64,000 nucleotides of DNA. It comes from Patescibacteria group bacterium (GTDB taxonomy: Bacteria; Patescibacteriota; Microgenomatia; 0-14-0-10-38-17). The first letter of the stretch is position 1. The number at the start of each line of letters is the position of its first letter. The stretch lies in assembly GCA_050947035.1 (NCBI GenBank), contig JBMNVW010000004.1, forward strand, positions 22,433 to 86,432. The letters run 5' to 3'. Shown piece after piece: positions 29,952 through 39,498 of this stretch. The notes under the pieces were generated by a model, which worked only from the letters and a program-made list of their open reading frames with translations, had not been told where the DNA came from and made no database searches. The translations under genes were made by a program, and so were the position numbers.

Positions 29952-30027
29952 CAAAAATTAACTATTGGCCGTTAGTCTTTAGTCTTTGGTTTTTTAAAAA
30001 TTTACAAATTAAACCCTTATTGCTAGA

Positions 30028-30945
30028 ATGAACGAAATGAAGAAGGTTTTTATCTGGCTATTTTTATTATCGTTTTTGTTTTTGGCTCCTCTAGCTCGAG
30101 CCCAAGTTGTTTCTCCTACCCCTGATCAAGAAGAGTCTCTTTTGGAAAATAATGACCAAGAAATATCTGAAGCCGATGAGGAGGCAGAAGAAATCGAGAA
30201 AGAGAAAAGCGAAAAAATTACTGAGCCGACTGAGGTAGTTAAGGGGCGCTTGACCCTACTTTTGGAAAGCCAGGAGTTAGGCGAATTAGGGATAGCTAAT
30301 TTCTTAAAATATGCGATTAGAAAAACAGTTGATCAAGGAATTCCCCCTAACACGGTAGTTTTGGTTTTTTTGCTTCCCTTGGTGGCCACTTTAATTACTA
30401 TTGTTCGTTATGTTTTTGGTATTTCTGGTTTTGGTATTTTTACTCCGGTGATGATTTCGGTTGCTTTTATTGCTACTGGCTTAACTCAAGGATTGGTTTT
30501 GTTTTTAATTATTGTGACTATTGCTATTTTAGCCCGCACCCTATTAAGAAAAGTTCGAGTTCACTTTTTACCTCGCATGTCTTTATTATTATGGTTTGTT
30601 TGTTTAGGAGTTTTTGCCCTTCTCTATTTAGGGCCTCAATTGGGCTTTGATGATGTGGCTGATATTTCTATTTTCCCGATTTTAATTGTTGTTCTCTTAG
30701 CGGAGAACTTTATTGAGGTTTTGATTGGCAAAAACAGTGCCGAGGCTCTAAAAATGACCGGCCAAACTTTAATTGTGGCCATTTTCGGGTTTTGGTTTTT
30801 AAATTGGCGGCCTCTTCAGGGCTTTGTTCTATTAAATCCAGAACTAGTTTTCTTGACCCTCTTAATTATTAATTTAATAATTGGGCGTTATTCGGGCCTG
30901 CGTTGGTTGGAGTATCGTCGCTTCCGTTCTATTTTTAAAAGTTAA
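30028..30945 (+). CDS. 7TM membrane protein of the inactive-transglutaminase-associated family
   Basis: LLP..R..G..GFGIF.P, PR.S, FP.LI..E.F, IGRY.G.R..EY.RF C-terminus; precedes ATP-grasp gene. Confidence 0.75.
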   Translation: MNEMKKVFIWLFLLSFLFLAPLARAQVVSPTPDQEESLLENNDQEISEADEEAEEIEKEKSEKITEPTEVVKGRLTLLLESQELGELGIANFLKYAIRKTVDQGIPPNTVVLVFLLPLVATLITIVRYVFGISGFGIFTPVMISVAFIATGLTQGLVLFLIIVTIAILARTLLRKVRVHFLPRMSLLLWFVCLGVFALLYLGPQLGFDDVADISIFPILIVVLLAENFIEVLIGKNSAEALKMTGQTLIVAIFGFWFLNWRPLQGFVLLNPELVFLTLLIINLIIGRYSGLRWLEYRRFRSIFKS

Positions 30946-30959
30946 ACTTTATTTTCCCA

Positions 30960-32243
30960 ATGAAAAGATGGCCAGACATCTTGGGCATGAATGCCCGTAA
31001 TCATCAATATATTCGTCATAATACTAAAAAGGGTCGACAAATTGCCGATTCCAAGTTGGACACAAAAAAGATTTTAACTAAGCACAACTTGCCTACTCCG
31101 GAACTAATTAAGGTTTTTGAAAATAATGACGATCTTAATAATTTTTCTTGGGTCGGTTTACCGGATAATTTTGTTCTTAAGCCGTCGAGTGGCTTTGGTG
31201 GCGAAGGAATTTTGGTAATTAGAAAAAAAAGCCGTTTTGCCGGTGAGTGGGAGTTGATGAATGGCGAAATTATTGGTGTTTCTGATCTTAAGTTCCACGC
31301 TCAAGAAATTTTATCCGGTCGTTATAGTCTTCACAACGCTCCCGACCAGGCCTTTATTGAGGAACGGGTTAAGATTATTAAGGTTTTCGGTAAATATGTA
31401 AAGGGAGGGACACCCGATATTCGGGTGATCATTTTTAATAAGGTGCCGGTGATGGCCATGTTAAGATTGCCGACTGAGGAGTCTGATGGTAAGGCTAATC
31501 TTCATCAGGGGGCAGTGGGACTAGGAATTGATTTAGCTACCGGAGTGACCACTTATGGCATTCATCATGGCCGGTCAATTAAATACTTACCAGGAACGAG
31601 GATCAAGGTTAATGGTTTAAGGGTTCCTTCTTGGGAGCAAATTCTTCTTAATTCAGTTCGGACTCAAGAAGCCATTCCTTCCTTGGGTTACTTAGGGATT
31701 GATTTTTTAATTGATCGTAATAAGGGGCCGTTGATTGTTGAGTTAAATGCTCGGCCGGGTTTGTCGATTCAAGTAGCTAATCAAGCTGGTTTACAAAAAA
31801 GGCTGGAGCGAGTAGAAAGATTGGAAATTCGTAATCCTGAGCATGGGGTTAAGATTGCTAAAGCCTTGTTTGGGGCTAGTTTCGCCGATAAGGTAAATAG
31901 CAAGAATGAGCCTAAAATAATTAGCCTACTTGAAGAAATAAAAATTGTTGCCCAGGATAAGACTCGAATCCCAGTAATGGCTAAAGTTGATACTGGGGCT
32001 GACAGAAGCGCCATTGATGAGGAGCTGGCTCAAAGATTGGGGTTGCTGTCGAAGGATAATATTATTTATCAGGCTCGTTATCGAAGCGCCCTAGGCAAAC
32101 ATCGTCGGCCGATAATTGCCTTGAATTATTATTTGGCTGGCCAAAAAATTAATAGTATGGTTAGTGTGACCGATCGGAGCAAATTACGAACAAAGTTTTT
32201 GATTGGTAAAAGAGATTTGTTAGGTTTTGTTATTCGGCCATGA
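30960..32243 (+). CDS. Alpha-L-glutamate-ligase-like ATP-grasp protein fused to a retropepsin-like DTGA protease domain
   Basis: LGMNARN, KP..G.GG.GI, DIRVI, AMLRLPT..S.GKANLHQGA, ELNARPGLSIQ; C-terminal AKVDTGA..DRS..LIG. Confidence 0.85.
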   Translation: MKRWPDILGMNARNHQYIRHNTKKGRQIADSKLDTKKILTKHNLPTPELIKVFENNDDLNNFSWVGLPDNFVLKPSSGFGGEGILVIRKKSRFAGEWELMNGEIIGVSDLKFHAQEILSGRYSLHNAPDQAFIEERVKIIKVFGKYVKGGTPDIRVIIFNKVPVMAMLRLPTEESDGKANLHQGAVGLGIDLATGVTTYGIHHGRSIKYLPGTRIKVNGLRVPSWEQILLNSVRTQEAIPSLGYLGIDFLIDRNKGPLIVELNARPGLSIQVANQAGLQKRLERVERLEIRNPEHGVKIAKALFGASFADKVNSKNEPKIISLLEEIKIVAQDKTRIPVMAKVDTGADRSAIDEELAQRLGLLSKDNIIYQARYRSALGKHRRPIIALNYYLAGQKINSMVSVTDRSKLRTKFLIGKRDLLGFVIRP

Positions 32244-33295
32244 AGTTTTTTAAAAATAAGAAAATAATTATTATTGTTATTCTTTTGCTTCTGGTTACGG
32301 CCGGGGTTGCTTTTGCTGTTTCAAAGTCGGACTCTGTTTCTAAAAAAGAAGCCGTGGAAACGGTTAAGGTTAAAAGAGGCGATTTATCTTTAATTGTCTC
32401 TGCCTCGGGGCAAATTGATGCCCAAGAAAAAGCCCAGGTTAGATTTCAGACTTCAGGACAATTGGCCTGGGTGGGAGTAGCCGAAGGCGACCGGGTGAAA
32501 AAATGGCAGGCCCTGGCCTCACTTGATAAAAAAGAATTAGAAAAGAGATTAGAAAAAGAACTTAATGATTTTATGACTCAAAAGTGGACCTTTGACCAAA
32601 CCCATGATGATTATCAAGAAGAAAAAGATAATGCCGTCATCACCAAAGAAATTGAGCGGATTTTAGATAAGGCCCAATTTGCTTTGAGCAATCAGGTTAT
32701 TGATGTTGAATTGGCCGATTTGGCCCTAAAATATGCCACTATTTATTCGCCAATTAATGGTATTGTTACCGAAATTGACTCTCCCCTACCAGGAGTAAAC
32801 ATTACTCCCGCTCAGGCGACTTTTATGGTTGTTAATCCCGATTCTCTGGCTTTTTATTTAAAAATTAATGAAACAGAGGTGGTTGGTTTACAAGAGGGTC
32901 AGGAAGTTGCTGTTCGGCTTGATGCTTTTCCGAGTCAAGAATTTCCTGGTCAAATTAACAAAATTGGTTTTATTCCTCTCTCCGGGCAGGGAACTTATTA
33001 TCAAGTAATAGTTTCTTTTGAAGAAAAAAATTCTGCTTTTCGAGTCGGCATGGGTGGTGATGGCCAGATCTTAATTGAGAAAAAAACTGGAGTGTTAATT
33101 GTGCCGGAATCGGCTTTGATTAAACGAGGAGATACTTATTCAGTCTTCCAGATTATTGATGGCCAAGCCCGAAAAAGGCCGGTTGTTATTGGTTTAATTT
33201 CTGATCAGGGAGTCGAGGTTATTGAAGGACTAGAAGAGGGTCAGGTAGTTATTTCTTCTGGGGTGAGTAAAATTAGCGATGGTCAAAAAATCTAA
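32240..33295 (+). CDS. MacA-like membrane fusion protein
   Basis: N-terminal TM, V.EGDRVKK.Q.LA.LD, IYSPINGIV, GLEEGQ.V. Confidence 0.88.
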   Translation: MKFFKNKKIIIIVILLLLVTAGVAFAVSKSDSVSKKEAVETVKVKRGDLSLIVSASGQIDAQEKAQVRFQTSGQLAWVGVAEGDRVKKWQALASLDKKELEKRLEKELNDFMTQKWTFDQTHDDYQEEKDNAVITKEIERILDKAQFALSNQVIDVELADLALKYATIYSPINGIVTEIDSPLPGVNITPAQATFMVVNPDSLAFYLKINETEVVGLQEGQEVAVRLDAFPSQEFPGQINKIGFIPLSGQGTYYQVIVSFEEKNSAFRVGMGGDGQILIEKKTGVLIVPESALIKRGDTYSVFQIIDGQARKRPVVIGLISDQGVEVIEGLEEGQVVISSGVSKISDGQKI

Positions 33296-33998
33296 ACCCT
33301 CATCAGATCAACGGCCGGTTTATCGGTTAAAAAATATCAAAAGACGTTATCAAACCGGCCAAGTCGAAGTTCAGGCGTTAAGGGGTATAGATTTATTGAT
33401 TGACCCAGGTGAGTTTGTGGCTTTGGTTGGTTCGTCTGGTTCTGGTAAATCAACCCTAATGCATGTTTTGGGTCTTTTAGATCGCCCAGACGACGGTAGG
33501 CTATATCTTCAAGGAAAAGAGGTTTCTGCCCTTTCTGAGGGTCAAAGAGCGCGTCTTAGACGGGATAAAATTGGCTTTGTTTTCCAAACTTTTCACCTTT
33601 TACCTAGATTAACAGCCTTAGAGAACGTTGAGCTTCCTTTAATTTATAGTCATGTTTCTTATAGTCAAAGACTAGATCGGGCTCGAAAAAATTTGGCCTT
33701 AGTTGGTTTGTCTGATCGGGTGGATCATTTGCCAACGGAACTTTCTGGTGGCCAGCAACAGCGAGTAGCCATCGCTCGAGCTCTAATTAACAATCCTTCG
33801 GTAGTTTTAGCGGATGAGCCTACTGGCAATTTGGATAGTGGGTCGGGTAAAGAAATAATGGCTATTTTTAAAAAACTTAACCATCGGGGTCGAACAATTG
33901 TTTTGGTTACCCATGATCTTGAAATTGCCCAATCGGCCCAAAGATTAGTGACTATCAAAGACGGCTTAATTACTAAAGATAAAAAAAATGTTGCTTAA
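33279..33998 (+). CDS. MacB/LolD-type ABC transporter ATP-binding protein
   Basis: [37 protein letters not shown]. Confidence 0.95.
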   Translation: MVKKSKPSSDQRPVYRLKNIKRRYQTGQVEVQALRGIDLLIDPGEFVALVGSSGSGKSTLMHVLGLLDRPDDGRLYLQGKEVSALSEGQRARLRRDKIGFVFQTFHLLPRLTALENVELPLIYSHVSYSQRLDRARKNLALVGLSDRVDHLPTELSGGQQQRVAIARALINNPSVVLADEPTGNLDSGSGKEIMAIFKKLNHRGRTIVLVTHDLEIAQSAQRLVTIKDGLITKDKKNVA

Positions 33999-35184
33999 TT
34001 TAGAAATTTTTAAAGTTGCTCTTCGTTCTTTGTGGGCCAATAAAATGCGCTCCTTTTTAACAATGCTGGGGATTATTATTGGGGTAGCGGCGGTTATTGC
34101 CTTAGTTTCTATTGGTACCGGCCTAAAACTTTTTATAACGGAACAGTTTGAGGCCCTAGGAAGCAACTTAATTTATGTTTATCCGGGGGACTTATCCGGT
34201 GGTTTCAGAGAGCAGGCCTTGATTAGTAAAATAAGATTAGAAGACCAACACCATCAAGCCATCGCTCGCCTAGATATGCCAATTGAGGCTATTTCAGCGA
34301 TGACTCAAGTTGCTGACGAAGCTAAATATAGAGAAAATACTTTTACTTCGGTTATTTTAGGAGCGGAGTCAAGTTATGGCCAGATAGCCAATGTTGATCT
34401 TGAAATAGGTCGATTCTTTTCTGAAAACGAGGAAGAAAGAAGAAAAAAAGTTGCCATACTTGGTAATCGGGCTGTCGAAGAAATTTTTCCCGGTATTGAT
34501 CCTTTAGGAAAAAGTTTTTTCTTGGCGGGAACGTCTTTTGAGGTGATTGGAACCCTGGAGGAACAGGGTGGTGGAGCAATGGGATCTTCTTCGATTGACG
34601 ATACGATTATTATTCCTCTAGAGACAGCCAAGACTCTCTTTAGTCAAGAAGAATACAGCGCCATTGTTATTAAAGCCCAGTCTGAGGAGGATATTGATGA
34701 AATTAAGGCTTCGGTTGAAGAGGAACTGCTTGGTTTTTTTGATGAAGGTGATTTTTCGATTCTTGACCAGAAGCAAATTTTAAACCAAATTGATAGTATT
34801 TTGGGGATGTTGACTTTAGCCTTAGGAGGAATTGCCGCCATATCTTTATTGGTGGGAGGGATTGGGATAATGAATATTATGTTGGTGTCGGTAACAGAGA
34901 GAACCGCCGAAATTGGCCTAAGAAAAGCCGTTGGGGCAGAAAATAAAGATATTTTAATTCAATTTATTATCGAGTCAGTTCTTTTGAGTGTTTTGGGTGG
35001 TTTAATAGGAGTAATTTTTGGCATTTTAGGCTCATTGGCAATTGGCTCTTTTTTAGAAACAGCCGTTACCCCTTGGTCAGTTTTGTTGGCTTTTTCTATC
35101 TCAACCCTAATAGGAATAATTTTCGGAGTTGCCCCAGCTAAAAAAGCGTCCAGCCTTGATCCGATTGAGGCGTTAAGATACTAG
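33988..35184 (+). CDS. MacB-type ABC permease
   Basis: [48 protein letters not shown]. Confidence 0.95.
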   Translation: MLLNLEIFKVALRSLWANKMRSFLTMLGIIIGVAAVIALVSIGTGLKLFITEQFEALGSNLIYVYPGDLSGGFREQALISKIRLEDQHHQAIARLDMPIEAISAMTQVADEAKYRENTFTSVILGAESSYGQIANVDLEIGRFFSENEEERRKKVAILGNRAVEEIFPGIDPLGKSFFLAGTSFEVIGTLEEQGGGAMGSSSIDDTIIIPLETAKTLFSQEEYSAIVIKAQSEEDIDEIKASVEEELLGFFDEGDFSILDQKQILNQIDSILGMLTLALGGIAAISLLVGGIGIMNIMLVSVTERTAEIGLRKAVGAENKDILIQFIIESVLLSVLGGLIGVIFGILGSLAIGSFLETAVTPWSVLLAFSISTLIGIIFGVAPAKKASSLDPIEALRY

Positions 35185-35423
35185 GGCCGATTAAAATCGG
35201 CAATTTCCAATTTTCCAATTTTCCAATATCCAAACAAATTCCAAATCTCAAATTATAAATTACAAAAATAAATTATTATATTGTTATATGGATTTTTTAA
35301 GAATCAAAGTATCGCCAATAATTTAAAACAATTAAACATTTTAACAACAGACTATTAAATCATTAAACAATTAGAAGTTGATTAAAAATTAAAATTAGCA
35401 ATTAGAAATTAAATAGTATTTTT

Positions 35424-36635
35424 ATGCTTAACAAAAACTCCTCCCCCTTGGCTGATCGGATTCGTCCCAAGACTTTGGCAAACTTTGTTGGCCAACAGCA
35501 CTTAGTGGGTAAGGGGAAAATTTTACGTCAGTTGATTGATGGAGACCAGCTTTTTTCTTTAATTTTTTGGGGACCGCCGGGAGTAGGCAAAACAACCTTA
35601 GCTCGAATTATTGCCCAAGATACGCAGTCTTTCTTTGTTGAGAAATCAGCGGTTTCAGCTCGAGTGGCCGATATTCGCCGAATCGCCAAAGAGGCTAAGG
35701 TAAGGTTAAAAAAAGATCAAAAAACAATTTTTTTCTTGGACGAAATTCATCGTTTTAATAAGGCCCAACAAGACGCTCTGCTTCCCCATGTTGAAGATGG
35801 CACCATTATCCTAATTGGAGCAACAACGGAGAACCCCTCTTTTGAAGTGATTGGTCCCCTGCTCTCTCGATCAAGAGTCTTAGTTTTAGATCCCTTAGAA
35901 AAAGATGAATTAGAAAAAATTCTTAACCGGGGCTTGGGAAAATTAAATTTGGCTATTAGTCCCAAAGCAAAAGAATTTCTTCTATCAGCGGCAAATTCTG
36001 ACGCCAGAAACCTATTAAATATTTTAGAGGTTGCTTATACATTATATTGTAGTGATGAAAACAGCAAGAAAAGTCTGACAGTTCAATATATTAAAGAAGC
36101 CCTACAGCGAGAAAATCTTTTTTATGATCGCGCTGGAGAAGAACACTACAATACAATTTCGGCTTTTATTAAATCGATGAGAGCCAGTAATCCCGATGCG
36201 GCTCTTTACTATTTAGCCCGGATGGTGGAGGCTGGGGAAGACCCGCTTTTTATTGCTCGTCGAATGGTTATTTTTGCCTCTGAAGATATTGGGGTGGCTG
36301 TTCCGACGGCGCTAGTGGTGGCCAACGAGGTTTTTCGAGCTTGCGAGACGATTGGCTATCCGGAGTGTGCCATTAATCTGGCTCATGGGGTGGTTTATTT
36401 AGCCAATGCCCCCAAAGACCGTTCGGCTTATACTGGTTTAAAATTGGCCCAAAAAGATGTTAAAAAGCATGGTAATTTACCCATTCCCCTTCATCTTCGC
36501 AACCCAGTGACTGATTTAATGAAAAAACAAGGCTACGGCAAGGGCTACGAAAAATATTCAAAAAAAGATAAAAATTTGCTCCCGAAGAAACTGAAAGGCA
36601 AGAAATATTTTTTTAATAAGAAGAAGAAAAACTGA
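35424..36635 (+). CDS. rarA: Replication-associated recombination protein A
   Basis: PLADRIRP, WGPPGVGKTT, DEIHRFNKAQQD, GATTENPSF, SAFIKS.R.S, ASEDIG. Confidence 0.96.
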   Translation: MLNKNSSPLADRIRPKTLANFVGQQHLVGKGKILRQLIDGDQLFSLIFWGPPGVGKTTLARIIAQDTQSFFVEKSAVSARVADIRRIAKEAKVRLKKDQKTIFFLDEIHRFNKAQQDALLPHVEDGTIILIGATTENPSFEVIGPLLSRSRVLVLDPLEKDELEKILNRGLGKLNLAISPKAKEFLLSAANSDARNLLNILEVAYTLYCSDENSKKSLTVQYIKEALQRENLFYDRAGEEHYNTISAFIKSMRASNPDAALYYLARMVEAGEDPLFIARRMVIFASEDIGVAVPTALVVANEVFRACETIGYPECAINLAHGVVYLANAPKDRSAYTGLKLAQKDVKKHGNLPIPLHLRNPVTDLMKKQGYGKGYEKYSKKDKNLLPKKLKGKKYFFNKKKKN

Positions 36636-36636
36636 G

Positions 36637-36709
36637 TGCACCCAGAGAGATTCGAACTCTCGACCTGCCGCTTAAGAGGCGGATGCTCTACCAGCTGAGC
36701 TATGGGTGC
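36637..36709 (-). tRNA. tRNA-Lys(CTT)
   Basis: Reverse complement GCACCCATAGCTCAGCTGGTAGAGCA-TCCGC-CTCTTAA-GCGGC..GTTCGAATC..TGGGTGCA. Confidence 0.95.
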
Positions 36710-36959
36710 GAATATATTCTTTAATAAATTTTCTTCCTTGGGCGGTTTTTAATTGTTTTTCTCTTTTGATGGCCTCTTTTCGACCAGGGAACATTTCTTT
36801 ATAAATCAATACCCAGGGCCCTTTGTTTTTATAAGTGTAACTTGTTTTTTTATTATTAATAATTTTATTATGTCTTTGGAGTCTTTTTTCTAGATTGCCT
36901 GTTTGGCCGATGTAAATTTTACCACTAAACTGACTTTTTATAACATAAGCGTAATACAT
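36672..36959 (-). CDS. Small GIY-YIG nuclease overlapping the tRNA-Lys 5' half
   Basis: YYAYVIKS..IYIGQT..RL.RHN..YT..PW.L.Y.E..A..REK.LK..GR; stop TAA lies in the tRNA anticodon loop. Confidence 0.9.
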   Translation of the reverse strand: MYYAYVIKSQFSGKIYIGQTGNLEKRLQRHNKIINNKKTSYTYKNKGPWVLIYKEMFPGRKEAIKREKQLKTAQGRKFIKEYIRTHSSAGRASAS

Positions 36960-36970
36960 TATTAATTATA

Positions 36971-37019
36971 CCGCTTAAGAGTCCGCCGGCTGGCGGATCT
37001 GCCACTGAGCTACGGACGC
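36971..37019 (-). pseudogene. Duplicated 5' half of tRNA-Lys interrupted by a TCCGCC-N4-GGCGGA hairpin
   Basis: Reverse complement GCGTCCGTAGCTCAGTGGCAGA-TCCGCCAGCCGGCGGA-CTCTTAAGCGG; no T-arm or 3' acceptor strand. Confidence 0.75.
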
Positions 37020-37081
37020 GAATTAAAATTTCTAATGACTTAAAAATCTCTGCCAGACTTGGCCGGGTCCTTTTTTTGAAA

Positions 37082-37165
37082 TAGCGGACTTTAATTCGCG
37101 CTAAGAGCCAAAGCGCGGGCTAAGACCCTCTACTCCAGTTTTTGAAGTAGCGCAATTTATTGCGC
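37082..37165. repeat. GTAG-type REP cluster
   Basis: TAGCGGACTTTAATTCGC / GCGGGCTAAGACCCTCTAC / GTAGCGCAATTTATTGCGC; related to 43346-43403. Confidence 0.65.
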
Positions 37166-37235
37166 GCCTGGCAGGACTTGAACCTGCAACCTACTGTTCC
37201 GAAGACAGTCACTCTATCCATTGAGCTACAGGCGC
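37163..37235 (-). tRNA. tRNA-Arg(TCG)
   Basis: Reverse complement GCGCCTG..ACTGT-CTTCGGA-ACAGT..GTTCAAGTC..CAGGCGCG. Confidence 0.95.
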
Positions 37236-37281
37236 TTTTTCGTTCCTAATTATATCAGAAAGAAGAGATTTTTCATTAAAT

Positions 37282-39336
37282 TTAAGATGTTAAGGAAATT
37301 TTAACATCGACGGCTGCTGCCTTTTTATAGTTAACAATTAGGGGGTTGATATCTAGTTGACTAATTTGAGGGAAAGACTCAACCAATTTGGCAATTATTA
37401 AAAGGGTTTTTTCTATTTTGTCTAAATTGAGTTCTTTTTTGCCTCTAGTTCCTTTTAAAATAGGATAAATTTTTAATTCGGAAAGCATTTCTTGGGCATT
37501 ATTCTTAGTAATCGGCAAAGCCCTAAAAGCCCGATCTTTTAAAACTTCAGTGTAAATGCCGCCAGCGCCAACCATTAGCAAATGGCCAAAGGCCGGGTCT
37601 TTTTTAACACCGATAATTATTTCTATCTCTCCGGTTATGGCTTCAGACAAGATAAATTCAGCTTGAGGGAACCCCTTCTTCATTTTATTAAACTGCTCGA
37701 CAAAATTTTTTTTAGAAGTTATTTTTTTGACTGCTTCGGCTTCAGTGCGATGGGCAATGTCAGCGGATAAAACCTTTAAAAATGCCGGGTAACCAATTTT
37801 TTCCAGAGTTTTTATTCCCTTTTCTTGATTGTTAAAAACCGCAAATTTTGGAGTATCAATCTGACAGGCAGACAATAATTGCAAGCCCTCAGCCTCATTT
37901 AGTTTTGATCGATTAACTTGGCCAATTAATTTTTCTATTTTTTTCCGACGATTGATCTTAGTTTTATTTTTTATGATTTTTTGTTTAGTTTTTTTCTGCC
38001 AGGAGATTATTTTAGCCAAAGATAAAAGGGCTTGCTGGGGATTACCAAAGCCAACCATTTGGTTTTTTTGAAAAATGTTTTTGGCAGCTTGAACACTTTC
38101 TCCCCCCATAAATATAGGAATAAGAGGTTTTTTAGTTTTTAATTGGGTTAGTTTTTGGGCAATGGCCTCGACATTGGTTCCTCTTTGTTTGGTGAGAATA
38201 ATGACCAAGTTATCAACGGCCGGATCAGATAAAACAGCCTGACAAGCCTCAAAATAAGTTTTTTCATTGGCATTACCTAAGATGTCAATTGGGTTATTAA
38301 GGCTTGCTTCCTGGGGTAAAAAATCAGCTAGCTTTTTTGTCGTTTTTTTAGAAAAATTAGCCAAAGATAAATTATTATTAATTAAGGCATCGGTTGTTAA
38401 AACCCCCGGACCACCAGCGTTAGTAACGATAGCCGTTTTTGGGCCCAAGCTTTTTTGGGCAAAAATAGTTAATAGCTTAGCCAAATTAATTAAATCAGTC
38501 AGGCTATTAGCCTCAATAATGTTGGCTTGGGCAAAAACTCCTTGAGTAATTTTTTCGGGGGTGGCCAAACTGGCGGTATGAGATTGGGCTGATTTGGCCC
38601 CCTGGTCGGTTTTTCCCGCTTTTAAAATAACTAGTGGTTTTTGGCTGGTGATCTTTTGGGCTAAGTTAATTAACCTTTGCCCATTTTTAAATGATTCAAG
38701 GTAGGCAATGACAAGATCAGTATTTTTGTCTTGGCCAAAGAACTCAATTAAATCAGCCTCATTAAGATTGGCTTTATTACCCAGGCTGGCAAAATAAGAA
38801 AAACCCAAACCCGACTCGTTAATCAGCTCAATAACTGGAGCCGCCAAGGCCCCAGATTGGGAAGCAAAACCAATTTTACCGGAATTGGGCATAATTTCTC
38901 CCCAAGAAGCATTAAGGCCAATTTCAGGGTTAATTATTCCTAGACAGTTTGGCCCCAAAAAATTTAAATCATATTTTTGGGCGATTTTATTTAGCTGGTC
39001 TTGTTTTTTTTGGCCCTCTAATCCGATTTCAGCAAATCCAGCGCTAATAATAATGGCTGTTTTGGTGCCGGATTGACCGACTTCCTCCAGGACCAGAGGA
39101 ACAATTTTGGCGGGGACAACAATTATTGCCAAATCAACCGGGCTTGGTAGACCCAGGATCGAGGGCAAGGCTTTGTGACCAAGAATTTTTTTGGCTTTAG
39201 GGTTAATAGGATAAATCTTTCCTTGGAAATTAGAATTAACCAGGTTGTTAAAAATTAAGTGGCCAATTTTTTGCCTGTTTCTTGAGGCGCCAATAACGGC
39301 AATTGATTTGGGGTAAAACAGTTTTTTTAGACTCAT
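37282..39336 (-). CDS. Acetate-CoA ligase (ADP-forming), fused alpha/beta
   Basis: PKSIAVIGAS, GPNCLG, SQSGA, SHTASLA phospho-His, TNAGGPG, NPIDILG, C-terminal ATP-grasp (LDINPL). Confidence 0.9.
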   Translation of the reverse strand: MSLKKLFYPKSIAVIGASRNRQKIGHLIFNNLVNSNFQGKIYPINPKAKKILGHKALPSILGLPSPVDLAIIVVPAKIVPLVLEEVGQSGTKTAIIISAGFAEIGLEGQKKQDQLNKIAQKYDLNFLGPNCLGIINPEIGLNASWGEIMPNSGKIGFASQSGALAAPVIELINESGLGFSYFASLGNKANLNEADLIEFFGQDKNTDLVIAYLESFKNGQRLINLAQKITSQKPLVILKAGKTDQGAKSAQSHTASLATPEKITQGVFAQANIIEANSLTDLINLAKLLTIFAQKSLGPKTAIVTNAGGPGVLTTDALINNNLSLANFSKKTTKKLADFLPQEASLNNPIDILGNANEKTYFEACQAVLSDPAVDNLVIILTKQRGTNVEAIAQKLTQLKTKKPLIPIFMGGESVQAAKNIFQKNQMVGFGNPQQALLSLAKIISWQKKTKQKIIKNKTKINRRKKIEKLIGQVNRSKLNEAEGLQLLSACQIDTPKFAVFNNQEKGIKTLEKIGYPAFLKVLSADIAHRTEAEAVKKITSKKNFVEQFNKMKKGFPQAEFILSEAITGEIEIIIGVKKDPAFGHLLMVGAGGIYTEVLKDRAFRALPITKNNAQEMLSELKIYPILKGTRGKKELNLDKIEKTLLIIAKLVESFPQISQLDINPLIVNYKKAAAVDVKISLTS

Positions 39337-39354
39337 ACTATTAATTATTATGCC

Positions 39355-39498
39355 TTATTTGCCCACTTTGGGCAATTGATGTTTAGGCGGTTGATAGGCT
39401 TGGTTGTAAATTTTGCGGTTCGGGGTGGTAACTTGGGCACCATGTTTGGTTTGTTTTGTTTTTTTTCGTCGCTGATGTCTTTTGCTTGTTTTAATCAC
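39355..39498 (-). CDS. Small basic protein (47 aa), not in ORF track
   Basis: GTG start overlapping upstream TGA (GTGA); MIKTSKRHQRRKKTKQTKHGAQVTTPNRKIYNQAYQPPKHQLPKVGK*; fills the intergenic gap. Confidence 0.5.
   Translation of the reverse strand: MIKTSKRHQRRKKTKQTKHGAQVTTPNRKIYNQAYQPPKHQLPKVGK

Noticed and set aside
36637-37019. Group I intron in tRNA-Lys
   Set aside because: The downstream tRNA is already complete, and the interval is filled by the ORF with no room for a ribozyme core.
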